Notes under the pieces: model-generated
What the model was told of the DNA's origin: nothing
Seen by the model: the letters and a program-made list of their open reading frames with translations, nothing else
The model's database searches: none
Part shown: positions 38,896 to 49,099 of the stretch, piece by piece
Layout: every line of letters begins with the position of its first letter
How positions within the stretch are numbered: position 1 is the stretch's first letter
Assembly: GCA_977020255.1 (NCBI GenBank)
Contig: CDROCS010005962.1
Coordinates: 1-64,000 of the forward strand
From: Obrimoposthia wandeli
Taxonomy: Eukaryota
Reading direction: 5' to 3'
DNA: 64,000 bases
Program-made: the position numbers and the translations under genes

Positions 38896-39161
38896 TATAC
38901 CCAAGCCACTTAAAAATGCAGTTTCAGAGCTAAGCTAGGAAATCAGGTCAAGGCGCAGCACGAAGACAATGGTTATTCCCTTATCAAGTGCTGCAACGCA
39001 GAGATGGTTTTCTAGCTTAGCTCCCTTCGGGCAAGGCGATAAAGGGTCATCTCCGGCGTTATTGATTTCGACAATGGAACAACCATTTTCTTCAATCAAT
39101 GCCTTGGTGCTAACCCTTTCTCGACTTGCTGAATCCTGCATCTTCAAGTGGCTTGGGTATA
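38896..39161. mobile_element. 266-bp MITE of the TATACCCAAGCCACT family
   Basis: Terminal inverted repeats TATACCCAAGCCACTTAAAAATGCAG and TATACCCAAGCCACTTGAAGATGCAG, with an internal hairpin. Confidence 0.85.
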
Positions 39162-40054
39162 GTTGATGTGGTTTGAATAATTTGGTTTCTGAGCCATTTA
39201 TTTGCGGGATCAAAGTCGACATTGGTATGCCAATATAAATGTACGTCAATATCATGCAAGCGAACAGGTAAAGGAAATACGATCAAATCAAGTACCTGAC
39301 TGTACATTTTTGCTGTTGTTTCCGTTAACGTCAGTAGCATATTGTTGTTGGCGATGACCTGACATGCAGAAAATGCATGTTGACAGCGCAAGCCTACTTT
39401 TCGTTGTAAGCCTAAACGGCCTAATTCAAAATCTTCAATACTAGCGCCTACAGTACGTGATGATACCAACACATGTTCTTGCGCTAAGTAGGTATCTAAA
39501 TCGAGTGTCGTATTGACTACTGGATGATTCTTACGTGCTAATACAACGAGTTTATTTTGATCTAACTGCGTATGTAAAATATTGTCACTGACCGGCACTA
39601 AGGTGTCTATGGCTAAATCAATATCACCACTGGCGAGTTTATTTTCTAACTCGCTGCGGTTAACACGTCGGCTGCTTTGTAAATTAATTAATGGCGCTTC
39701 TTTTTTAATACGCTGCATTAATGGCGGTAAGTAGGACGCTTCTAATGCACCATGCAAAGAGATATTAAAGTGATTACGGGAAACCAGTGGCTCAAATTGC
39801 CTCGACTGAGCCAAACATACTTTTAATTGCTGAAGGGCTTCACGTACATCGGCGATAACATTGTTGGCCACCGGCGTTGGGCGCATTTCATTGCCTTGAC
39901 GAATAAATAAGGCATCATCAAAATTATGTCGAAGTTTACTTAATGAGTGACTAACAGCAGGTTGCGATAAATTAAGTGCAGACGCTGCTTTGGTAATGTT
40001 TCCTTCACAATAAATTGCTTCAAATACTACAAATAGATTCAAATCTACTTTCAT
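39110..40054 (-). CDS. LysR-family transcriptional regulator
   Basis: DLNLFVVFEAI..TKAASALNLSQPAVSHSLSKLR helix-turn-helix, LFIR and DIDLAI motifs. Confidence 0.93.
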   Translation of the reverse strand: MKVDLNLFVVFEAIYCEGNITKAASALNLSQPAVSHSLSKLRHNFDDALFIRQGNEMRPTPVANNVIADVREALQQLKVCLAQSRQFEPLVSRNHFNISLHGALEASYLPPLMQRIKKEAPLINLQSSRRVNRSELENKLASGDIDLAIDTLVPVSDNILHTQLDQNKLVVLARKNHPVVNTTLDLDTYLAQEHVLVSSRTVGASIEDFELGRLGLQRKVGLRCQHAFSACQVIANNNMLLTLTETTAKMYSQVLDLIVFPLPVRLHDIDVHLYWHTNVDFDPANKWLRNQIIQTTSTIPKPLEDAGFSKSRKG

Positions 40055-40190
40055 ACGTTCTCCATAGTGCTAATGATGTGTCTAGAATATTTCTAGCAAT
40101 GCTGCTAGCAGTAAGGCACTAGCTAATTTGTTTTTATATGAGTCATTATTTTATTCTTATTTTTAACATTATTCTTATTATGGATAGTTA

Positions 40191-40237
40191 GTTATAAGAA
40201 CTATTCATTTGTTTAATTTAATGGCTAGACCTAGCAT
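40191..40237 (+). promoter_or_regulatory. LysR-type box plus sigma-70 promoter, copy 1
   Basis: 29-bp GTTATAAGAACTATTCATTTGTTTAATTT identical to 43418-43446; TTGTTT-N17-TAGCAT. Confidence 0.75.
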
Positions 40238-40425
40238 AGTCAAGTAGTACAAAAATTGTGCTGCTGAAATCGTTAACATTGCGTTAACGGTAATAATTAA
40301 CTACAGCGCTGGCAGTAAAGGGCTGTAGTTAAAACAATAATTCATGTTCAAACAATGTATTTGAACAGGATCACATTAGATGAATACGTGTATTTTGGTA
40401 TTTATAGCAAACTCGGGGATTCAAG

Positions 40426-42882
40426 ATGAATAAAAGATCAGCAACAAGATATTTTAAACGCGCGTTACTCGTTTCAGCAATATTAAGTGCAATTAATGCG
40501 AGTGCAGTTAATGCTCAAGACGCTAATACATCGGCGCAAGACGATGATAAAGATATAGAAAGAATAATGGTGACTGCCTCTAAACGGCTTAAAGGTTTGC
40601 AGGAATCTCCTGTTGCCGTAACTGTGGTCAGTGGGCTTGCTGTTGAGCAAGCGAAAGTTTTAGACATGAACGATCTGCAAACCCTTGTACCTACCTTACG
40701 TGTTACTCCTTTACAGCGCTCGGTGAACACTAACTTTGCTATTCGAGGTTTTGGTAATGGCACCAATAACATCGGTATTGAACCGTCAGTTGGTATTTTT
40801 ATCGATGGTGTTTATCGCTCACGTGCTGCGGCTCAAATTGGTGATTTACCGAGATTACAACAAATAGAAGTACTCAGTGGTCCGCAAAGCACGCTATTTG
40901 GCAAAAATGCTTCTGCGGGGGTTATAAGTGTTCGCACCATGGCACCATCACATGATCTAGAAGGTAAGATTGAAGTAGGCGCTGGTAATTTCAATCAAAA
41001 GTTAGTGAAAGGCCATATTACTAATGGTGTGACAGACGAGTTAGCCCTGAGTTTGTCGGGTGGTTTTAATAAGCGCGATGGCTACACTGATAGCGTTGTT
41101 GGATTGAATCAAATTAATAATCGTGACCGTTGGAATATTCGCGGACAAGCATTATATGAACCCACCGCTGATGTGACATTACGCTTTATTGCCGATTACA
41201 GTGAAGTAGACGAAGCCTGTTGTACCGCTGCTGATGTTATAAATGGCCCAACAACCGGTGCTGTTAGAGCATTAGGGGGTATTGTACTTGATGATAGTGA
41301 TGCCTTTATTTATAAATCATCACTTAATATTGACCCAGACAACACCATAGAAGACAGTGGTGTTTCTGTGCAGCTTGATGTTGATTTTGATGGTTTTTCT
41401 TTTACCTCAATCAGTGCTCTGCGTCGAAATGACTCAAAATTCTTAAACGATGTTGATTATACCTCGCTCGATATTTTGCAAGAAGGTGGACACACTAAAA
41501 TTGATACCTTTACGCAAGAGTTCCGTTTAACCTCTACAGGAAAGCAAAGATTAGAGTGGATGGTGGGTGCGTTTATCTTCCAAGAAGAAGTAGCAACGGG
41601 TGACACGCTATATTATGGCGAGGACATTCGTAATTACTTTGATGTGTTGATGGCTGCAGGGGGTGCTGCTGGTTTATTATCCGGTATTGAAGGCGTTTAC
41701 GGTCTTGCGCCAGGTACGTTTTTTTCGAATGAATCTTCAATAAATTCAGAGTTTACTCAGGATAACGACGCGTATTCAATATTTGCTAATTTTGATTATC
41801 ATATCTCAGACGACTTAACCGCAATTTTTGGGGTAAGTTACACCAAAGATGAGAAAAAAATTACGGCGCAACAAATCAATACTGATGTACTTTCTGGCCT
41901 TGATATTGACACTGAGTTAACCGCTTTTAATGTGCCATTATCTTTTATCCCGACGCTAGCTCCTGCCATTCCAACCTTAAAAAGCCTACAATTTTTACCT
42001 CCGATGCCAAGCTTACCTAACTCAGTTGAACAACATAAAAGTAATGACAGTAAAACTACATGGTCAATGCGCTTAGCGTATGAGGTGAATGATAATATTA
42101 ATATTTTTGCCTCTGCAGCAACGGGTTTTAAAGCATCATCATGGAATTTAGGACGAAATAGTAATCCTTTCGTTGCTGACCAAACGGCATTAGAAAATGC
42201 CGGTCTTGCACTAGCGAATCAAACTTATGGAGGTCGCTTTGCTTCGCCAGAGGAAGCTAAGGTTTATGAGCTTGGCCTTAAAGCACGCTTTGATAAAGCT
42301 GCCTTTAACGTAACAATATTTGACCAAACTATCGAAGGCTTTCAATCCTCAATATTTATTGGTACCGGTTATGTACTAGCAAATGCTGGCAAACAAAGCA
42401 CCAAAGGGTTGGAGTTTGACTCCAGCTACAAGCCAACAGAAAACTGGTCTTTTACCTTAGCCGGTACTTTTCTTGACCCTGTTTACGACTCATTTAAAGG
42501 TGCTACAGGGCTTGATGGCCCCGTTGATTTATCGGGTAAAAAGCCAGCCGGTATTCATGAACGTAGTATAACAGCAGGTATTACTTACAGTTATGAACTA
42601 GAAAACGGTATTTATGGTTATGTCAGAAGTGATTACATCTACGAGAGTGAAGTCTTTCTTGCGGAAAATGTACCTGAGTCTCTAACACGTGAAGTTGGTA
42701 CATTAAATGCGACAGCGGGGCTAAACTTTGACAATGGACTGCACGTTCAACTGTGGGTGCGTAACTTAAATAACGACGAGTATCTATTATCATCATTTCC
42801 ACCGCCAATTCAGGCGGGTAGTTATAATGGTTACCCGAGTCAGCCTCGTACCTATGGTGCTTCAGTATCTTACGAGTTTTAA
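40426..42882 (+). CDS. TonB-dependent receptor
   Basis: IMVTASKR TonB-box region, IRGFG..SVGIFIDGVY and IEVLSGPQSTLFGKNASAG plug, PRTYG..YEF C-terminus. Confidence 0.93.
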   Translation: MNKRSATRYFKRALLVSAILSAINASAVNAQDANTSAQDDDKDIERIMVTASKRLKGLQESPVAVTVVSGLAVEQAKVLDMNDLQTLVPTLRVTPLQRSVNTNFAIRGFGNGTNNIGIEPSVGIFIDGVYRSRAAAQIGDLPRLQQIEVLSGPQSTLFGKNASAGVISVRTMAPSHDLEGKIEVGAGNFNQKLVKGHITNGVTDELALSLSGGFNKRDGYTDSVVGLNQINNRDRWNIRGQALYEPTADVTLRFIADYSEVDEACCTAADVINGPTTGAVRALGGIVLDDSDAFIYKSSLNIDPDNTIEDSGVSVQLDVDFDGFSFTSISALRRNDSKFLNDVDYTSLDILQEGGHTKIDTFTQEFRLTSTGKQRLEWMVGAFIFQEEVATGDTLYYGEDIRNYFDVLMAAGGAAGLLSGIEGVYGLAPGTFFSNESSINSEFTQDNDAYSIFANFDYHISDDLTAIFGVSYTKDEKKITAQQINTDVLSGLDIDTELTAFNVPLSFIPTLAPAIPTLKSLQFLPPMPSLPNSVEQHKSNDSKTTWSMRLAYEVNDNINIFASAATGFKASSWNLGRNSNPFVADQTALENAGLALANQTYGGRFASPEEAKVYELGLKARFDKAAFNVTIFDQTIEGFQSSIFIGTGYVLANAGKQSTKGLEFDSSYKPTENWSFTLAGTFLDPVYDSFKGATGLDGPVDLSGKKPAGIHERSITAGITYSYELENGIYGYVRSDYIYESEVFLAENVPESLTREVGTLNATAGLNFDNGLHVQLWVRNLNNDEYLLSSFPPPIQAGSYNGYPSQPRTYGASVSYEF

Positions 42883-43014
42883 TAACGGGTATTAATGATG
42901 GGAGTGGCTCATATCGATTGAATGAAGTGTTCAACAGCTTAAAACAGCTTTAAGTTGTTGAGAACGCATTTGTTTGTTGTTAATTGATACGATGACGTTC
43001 AGTGTGTGGTTTGG

Positions 43015-43072
43015 AACAGCCTAGTGATATTTTATTGTGCTATTGGTGCAATAAAATATCACTAGGCTGTTT
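43015..43072. terminator. Long hairpin (23-bp arms), possible bidirectional terminator
   Basis: AACAGCCTAGTGATATTTT(T)ATTG pairs with CAATAAAATATCACTAGGCTGTT. Confidence 0.55.
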
Positions 43073-43080
43073 ATTATTAC

Positions 43081-43228
43081 CTTATCGACTTGCCCACAGG
43101 GATCTATGCTAGAAAATCAATCCTGTATTGCAACACTTGATAAGGGAGCGATCATTGTTGGCTTACCGCGCCTTGATCTGAATGCCTAACTTGGATATTA
43201 AACTGCACCTTGAAATGGAACGTTTATA
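43081..43228 (-). repeat. Degenerate partial copy of the 38896-39161 MITE, inverted
   Basis: TTATCG.CTTGCCC..AGGGA.CTA.GCTAGAAAA...CACTTGATAAGGGA...GCGCCTTGA.CTGA aligns with the reverse complement of ~38896-39045. Confidence 0.7.
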
Positions 43229-43417
43229 GATGGAGGTACATTGAAGAAAGCTTCACTTATCATCAATACTACCTGATTAACTTTCCCTCCTTTAAAGTTA
43301 ATAGCAATTTATCTCCCAATTCGTATCCACGTAGTTTTTTGATGTATCGCAATAATTACCCATCTAAAAATCATTCATCTAAAAATCACCCACCTAAATT
43401 CGTTTGAAGAATACTAG

Positions 43418-43464
43418 GTTATAAGAACTATTCATTTGTTTAATTTTAAAATTGCGCATAGCAT
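43418..43464 (+). promoter_or_regulatory. LysR-type box plus sigma-70 promoter, copy 2
   Basis: The same 29-mer and the same TTGTTT-N17-TAGCAT as at 40191. Confidence 0.75.
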
Positions 43465-43609
43465 GAATTAGTCGCATTAATCCGATGTTTAACTGTGTTA
43501 ATGGTTAACTGTGTTGATGCTTAATTATGTTGGTGGTACAAATAAAATGATAACAAGAGCAAACGTTAGCTTAATACAAATCCAACTTATAGTGGAAGTT
43601 TTGTAATTT

Positions 43610-44332
43610 ATGGCGGCTATTTACCTTATTCGTCACGGGCAGGCATCATTTGGCAAAGCTGATTATGATCAACTGTCTGAAAAGGGGTGCCAACAGTCAC
43701 AGCTACTTGGGCAATATTGGCAAGCACTTGCGAGCCCCGATAAAATTTTTTCTGGCGCATTGTTGCGTCACGAACAAACACTTGAGGGTTTCTTAAAAGG
43801 CTATCAAGGTAATAAACCTGCTTCTGTTATACATTCCGGTTTTAACGAATTTAATCATGTTGATATGCTGACCCGTTATGATGTGCAATGGAAAAGCTTT
43901 GCCGAGATGGCAGCAATTATCAGTAAACAGCCTGAGGCAAATAAGGTCTTTCAAAAAGAGTTTGCTTTAGCGCTTAATCGCTGGGTTAGCGGTGAATATG
44001 ATGATGACTATACCGAAAGCTGGTCACAATTTAAAAAGCGTTGTATTGCTGCGTTGCACGATGTTATTGACCAAGAGTTAAATGCGAAAAAAGCTTTTAA
44101 TCAGGTAGCACCGTCTAAAAATATTTGTATTTTCACCTCTGGCGGTACTATTTCAGTACTGGTTCAACATATTTTAGGTTTGTCTGATCAAAGTACATTA
44201 TCAGTCAATCAACAATTACGTAATACCGGTGTGACAAAATTACTTTTTACAAAAGACAGTATCAGTATTGATTACTTGAATAATTATGGTCATTTAACGC
44301 AAGCGGGTAATGACTGGGACACCTTTAGGTAA
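43610..44332 (+). CDS. Histidine phosphatase family protein
   Basis: LIRHGQAS catalytic motif, RH..T, NE and FTSGG. Confidence 0.88.
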   Translation: MAAIYLIRHGQASFGKADYDQLSEKGCQQSQLLGQYWQALASPDKIFSGALLRHEQTLEGFLKGYQGNKPASVIHSGFNEFNHVDMLTRYDVQWKSFAEMAAIISKQPEANKVFQKEFALALNRWVSGEYDDDYTESWSQFKKRCIAALHDVIDQELNAKKAFNQVAPSKNICIFTSGGTISVLVQHILGLSDQSTLSVNQQLRNTGVTKLLFTKDSISIDYLNNYGHLTQAGNDWDTFR

Positions 44333-44378
44333 ACGCAGTTAACAAAACAAAACAAAAAATTTAAATAGGAATGTAGAT

Positions 44379-45146
44379 ATGAGTACCAATTTATTTGATT
44401 TAACAGGAAAAATTGCTTTAGTCACTGGCGCAAGTCGTGGTATTGGCGAGCAAATAGCAAAATTACTGGCAGAAAATGGCGCCCATGTCATTGTATCAAG
44501 TCGCAAAATTGATGGCTGCCAAGCTGTTGTTGAACAAATTGTTGCTGCGGGTGGCAGTGCGCAAGCAATCGCCTGTCATATCGGTGAGATGGATCAAATA
44601 GAAAGCATTTTTAAGCAAATATCAGCCGAGCACGGCAAGCTCGATATCTTAGTCAATAATGCCGCGGCAAATCCTTATTTTGGTCATGTACTTGATACCG
44701 ACCTAGCTGCATTTCAAAAAACCGTTGATGTGAATATTCGTGGTTACTTTTTTATGTCGACCCTAGGCGCTAAATTAATGAAGGAAAATGACGGTGGGGC
44801 AATTGTTAATGTTGCTTCTATTAATGGTGTAATTCCTGGAGATTACCAAGGTATTTACTCGATTACTAAAGCAGCGGTTATCTCAATGACCAAAACGTTT
44901 GCCAAGGAATGTGCGCAGTTTAATATTCGTGTTAACGCCTTACTGCCTGGCGGCACAGATACCAAATTTGCTTCAACCTTAGTAAATAACCCTAAAATAT
45001 TAGAACAAATGCTACAGCACGTACCGATGAAACGTGTTGCACAGCCTGAAGAAATGGCCGGCACGGTTTTGTATTTGGTCTCGAACGCTTCTAGCTACAC
45101 CACAGGTACAGCGATAAATGTTGATGGTGGTTATTTAATTGGCTAA
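44379..45146 (+). CDS. SDR oxidoreductase
   Basis: TGASRGIG, NNAA and YSITK motifs. Confidence 0.9.
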   Translation: MSTNLFDLTGKIALVTGASRGIGEQIAKLLAENGAHVIVSSRKIDGCQAVVEQIVAAGGSAQAIACHIGEMDQIESIFKQISAEHGKLDILVNNAAANPYFGHVLDTDLAAFQKTVDVNIRGYFFMSTLGAKLMKENDGGAIVNVASINGVIPGDYQGIYSITKAAVISMTKTFAKECAQFNIRVNALLPGGTDTKFASTLVNNPKILEQMLQHVPMKRVAQPEEMAGTVLYLVSNASSYTTGTAINVDGGYLIG

Positions 45147-45306
45147 ATGCAGTTAGCTTTAGCTTAAGTTCAATTAGGTTATAAAAAGACCAATGAGCCG
45201 TGTGACTTATAGTGAGCAGACGGTAACAATTTTGAGCACTAAAATTTTTCAGTAAAAACTGCTCAGTAAAAATTTATCATAAAAATTAGAAAAGTTAGGA
45301 AATATA

Positions 45307-46422
45307 ATGAGTAACAATAACGCAGAAAAGCTTTTTCAGTCATTCTCAGCAGGTAGTTTAACCTTAAAAAATCGTACCGTTATGGCGCCGATGACCCGCA
45401 CTTTTTCACCTAATTATATTCCAACCGATGACGTTGCAAAATACTATCGCCGTCGTGCACAAGGTAATGTAGGTTTAATTATTACCGAAGGAACGTTTAT
45501 TTCGCACAAAGCGGCTAATGGCTATGAACGTGTCCCTGCATTTTTTGGTGAAGAAGCGTTAGCGGGTTGGAAGCATGTGGTTGATGAAGTACATGCAGCC
45601 GGAGGAAAAATAGCGCCACAACTATGGCATGTTGGCTCAGTACGAAAAGAAGGTATCGGACCAGACAAAGCGGTTCCTGCCTATAGTCCTTCAGGTTTAT
45701 ACAAGCCGGGCGCACCAAATGGTGTTGCGATGAGCCAAGCAGATATCGATGAAGTGGTGGCTTCATTTGCTCAAGCCGCCGCTGACGCAAAAGCTATTGG
45801 CTTTGATGCCATTGAAGTCCATGGCGCGCATGGTTATTTAGTTGACCAATTCTTTTGGGAAGGCACCAATCAACGTAGCGATAAATATGGTGGTTCATTA
45901 GAAAACAGAGCACGTTTTGGCGTTGAAATTGTTCAAGCTATTCGTGCAAAAGTGGGTGCAGACTTTCCTATAATCTTTAGGTTTTCACAATGGAAACAAC
46001 AAGATTACAACGCCAAACTTTGTCAAACGCCAGAAGAGTTAACAACATTTTTAACACTATTAAGCGATGCAGGTGTCGATGTTTTTCATGCCAGTACTCG
46101 ACGTTTTTGGTTACCTGAGTTTGAAGGCTCAGATCTTAACCTTGCGGGTTGGACGAAAAAAATCACCCATAAGCCGGTTATTACTGTTGGTAGTGTGGGC
46201 TTAGATAGTGACTTTACCGGTGAAGGTAGTGCTGATTTAGGCGGGACATCAAACCCAACGGGTATCGATGGCTTATTAGCTCGCTTAAATAATGATGAAT
46301 TTGATCTTGTTGCTATTGGTCGTGCTTTGCTCGTTGATCCTGAATGGGTTAATAAAATACAGCACAATCAAGAAGATGAAATAGCACCGTTTAATAAAGA
46401 TGCATTAATGAAGTTAAGTTAA
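45307..46422 (+). CDS. NADH:flavin oxidoreductase (old yellow enzyme family)
   Basis: MAPMTR, QLWHVG and EVHGAHGYL motifs. Confidence 0.9.
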   Translation: MSNNNAEKLFQSFSAGSLTLKNRTVMAPMTRTFSPNYIPTDDVAKYYRRRAQGNVGLIITEGTFISHKAANGYERVPAFFGEEALAGWKHVVDEVHAAGGKIAPQLWHVGSVRKEGIGPDKAVPAYSPSGLYKPGAPNGVAMSQADIDEVVASFAQAAADAKAIGFDAIEVHGAHGYLVDQFFWEGTNQRSDKYGGSLENRARFGVEIVQAIRAKVGADFPIIFRFSQWKQQDYNAKLCQTPEELTTFLTLLSDAGVDVFHASTRRFWLPEFEGSDLNLAGWTKKITHKPVITVGSVGLDSDFTGEGSADLGGTSNPTGIDGLLARLNNDEFDLVAIGRALLVDPEWVNKIQHNQEDEIAPFNKDALMKLS

Positions 46423-46570
46423 TTACAGGTATTAGCGTACGCTCAATGTCACAAAAGTGAATGCTAAATATAGGTGTAAATAGCAGAGATAATGTATCGC
46501 ACCGTTAACGCTCTACGTAGGTAAGGCGTTAACAAATGACTCATAGTAAAAATAATAATAAGGATTTCCC

Positions 46571-47785
46571 ATGGATTTTGAATACAGCGACAAGGTTAAA
46601 GCATTAATGGCCCGTGTTAACGCTTTTATGGACGAGCACGTTTATCCTGTTGAAGCACTTATGCATGAGCAAGTAGCGAAAAATCAGTGGACAACACCAA
46701 CGCTGATGGAAGAGTTAAAAGCGAAAGCAAAAGCACAAGGTTTATGGAATTTATTTTTACCTATCAGTTATGGCAAATATAGTGCTGGCCTGACTAACTT
46801 AGAATACGCACCACTGGCCGAAATTATGGGTAAAGTGATGTGGGCACCAGAAGTATTCAATTGCGCCGCACCAGATACCGGAAACATGGAAGTGTTAGCA
46901 AAATACGGTAGTGAAGCGCAGAAAAAACAATGGTTAGAGCCATTACTTGCAGGCAAAATTCGTTCAGCGTTTGCTATGACAGAGCCAGAAGTCGCGTCAA
47001 GTGATGCCACTAATATTGAACTACGTATTGAACGTGAAGGTGATGAATACGTGATCAATGGTCGAAAATTCTATATCAGTGGCGCATGTCGAAAACAATG
47101 TGAAATTATGATCGTGATGGGCAAAACTGACCCAGACAATAGCAATCGCTACATTCAGCAATCTCAAGTACTCGTACCTATGAACACACCCGGCGTAACT
47201 ATGGTGCGTCCAATGCAAGTATTTGGTTATAACGATGCACCAGAAGGGCATGCAGAAATCACTTTTGAGAATGTCCGTGTACCGGTTGAAAATATTATTG
47301 TGGGTGAAGGTAAAGGTTTTGAAATTGCCCAAGGTCGTTTAGGCCCCGGACGTATTCATCACTGCATGCGTTCCATTGGTGTTGCCCAACGTGCGCTTGA
47401 TTTAATGTGTCATCGCGTTAATGAGCGTGTTGTTTTTGGTCGCCCGATGATCAAACAGCAATCGGTTCGTGAAGACATTGCCATTTCAGCTTGTCAAATT
47501 GAGCAAGCCCGTTTGATGACCTTAAAAGCGGCTCAAAAAATGGATGCTGAAGGTAATAAAGCGGCGAAAGATATTATCGCGATGATAAAAATTGTCGCGC
47601 CGAATATGTCACTTGATGTGCTCGACCGTGCTATTCAATGTCATGGCGCCGTGGGGGTCAGTCAAGATACCTTCTTAGCGCATGCTTATGCGGGGCAAAG
47701 AACGTTGCGTTTAGCTGATGGTCCGGATCAAGTGCACATGATGCAACTTGGACGCGATTTAGTTAAAAAAACAACTAACACTTAA
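46571..47785 (+). CDS. Acyl-CoA dehydrogenase, ACAD10/11-LvaC-FadE2 type
   Basis: [49 protein letters not shown] and LADGPD motifs. Confidence 0.9.
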   Translation: MDFEYSDKVKALMARVNAFMDEHVYPVEALMHEQVAKNQWTTPTLMEELKAKAKAQGLWNLFLPISYGKYSAGLTNLEYAPLAEIMGKVMWAPEVFNCAAPDTGNMEVLAKYGSEAQKKQWLEPLLAGKIRSAFAMTEPEVASSDATNIELRIEREGDEYVINGRKFYISGACRKQCEIMIVMGKTDPDNSNRYIQQSQVLVPMNTPGVTMVRPMQVFGYNDAPEGHAEITFENVRVPVENIIVGEGKGFEIAQGRLGPGRIHHCMRSIGVAQRALDLMCHRVNERVVFGRPMIKQQSVREDIAISACQIEQARLMTLKAAQKMDAEGNKAAKDIIAMIKIVAPNMSLDVLDRAIQCHGAVGVSQDTFLAHAYAGQRTLRLADGPDQVHMMQLGRDLVKKTTNT

Positions 47786-47918
47786 CACAACATATTGACT
47801 CAAAGTACGTTAAGCAAGCGCACTTTGACCATGCGTGCTTTGAGCCGATAAGGTCAGTGAGTGAGAAAAATAAAACTGTTCATATTACGTGAGTTAAACA
47901 AATACGAGAGATATAAAA

Positions 47919-48962
47919 ATGTCAGCAGTGGTTTCCTTTGATATCGAAAAATTGGCCCATTATCTTGCGACCCATGTTGCAGATTTTGTGGGTCCCATCA
48001 CGTTAGAAAAGTTCTCTGGCGGCCAGTCAAACCCTACATTTAAGGTTACTGCTCATTCTGGCCTCTATGTGCTACGCAGCCAACCACCCGGCAAGCTTTT
48101 AAAATCAGCACATGCGGTAGACCGAGAGTTCCAAGTGCTTGATGCCTTGAAAGATACTGATGTACCTGTTGCTCAGGTCCATCACCTTTGCACCGATACT
48201 AGCGTTATTGGATCCATGTTTTATTTGATGGAATATTGCGATGGAGCGGTTTATTGGAGTGCGTCATTACCCGAAATTTCAACAAACGCCTACCGAAGTC
48301 AACTTTATGATGCAATGAACAAAGCGTTAGTGGCGCTGCATCGTGTTGATCTTGACGCTGTCGATTTACGCAGTTATGGCAAAGCCGGTAATTACTTTGA
48401 GCGACAGTTCGGCCGATGGACCTCACAATATCGCGCGACAGAGCTACAAACCATTAATGCTATGGACAACTTAATACTCTGGTTAGAAAGCCACTTACCC
48501 GCAGACGATGGTAGAGTTTGTTTAGTACACGGTGATTTTCGATTAGACAACATCATGTTTAAAAAAGATAAACCAGAAGTTATCGCTGTGCTTGATTGGG
48601 AATTATCAACGCTAGGACATCCTTTTTCAGACTTAGCCTATCAATGTATGCAGTTGCGTATGCCGCAAGGTTTAGGGTCTATTGACGGTTTGCAAGGTAT
48701 TGATAGAGCAAGTTTAGGTATACCTACTGAGCAAGAGTACGTGGCAGATTACTGTCAGCGTATGGGGATTACTCAGATTGACAATTGGACCTTTTATCTT
48801 GCCTTTAGCTTTTTTAAGTTAGCGGCCATTGTGCAAGGTGTAGCAAAACGTGCATCACAAGGGAATGCCTCAAACGAGCACGCGAATAAGGTTGGCGCTT
48901 TTGTTGAGCCTTTAGCAAAAATGGCTTTGAGCATCATTGCCGAAAATGCCGAAAATGCTTAA
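47919..48962 (+). CDS. APH-family phosphotransferase, ACAD10/11 kinase-LvaA type
   Basis: GGQSNPT, HAVDRE, HGDFRLDN and DWELSTLGHP..DLAY motifs. Confidence 0.9.
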   Translation: MSAVVSFDIEKLAHYLATHVADFVGPITLEKFSGGQSNPTFKVTAHSGLYVLRSQPPGKLLKSAHAVDREFQVLDALKDTDVPVAQVHHLCTDTSVIGSMFYLMEYCDGAVYWSASLPEISTNAYRSQLYDAMNKALVALHRVDLDAVDLRSYGKAGNYFERQFGRWTSQYRATELQTINAMDNLILWLESHLPADDGRVCLVHGDFRLDNIMFKKDKPEVIAVLDWELSTLGHPFSDLAYQCMQLRMPQGLGSIDGLQGIDRASLGIPTEQEYVADYCQRMGITQIDNWTFYLAFSFFKLAAIVQGVAKRASQGNASNEHANKVGAFVEPLAKMALSIIAENAENA

Positions 48963-49099
48963 AAAATCGATTCAGAGCAACCCGATGAAAAGTAAGCCAT
49001 AAAAGCAGTATAAAGAAATAGTCATTAAAACAAGTGACATAACAGGCTGTTAAAAAGCAATAAATTATCAAACAACATTTGTAATGTAAGGAAATTAAC

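Noticed and set aside
45172-45192. Third LysR box (AGGTTATAAAAAGACC)
   Set aside because: Only the left half matches; the TTCAT half-site and the TAGCAT box are missing.
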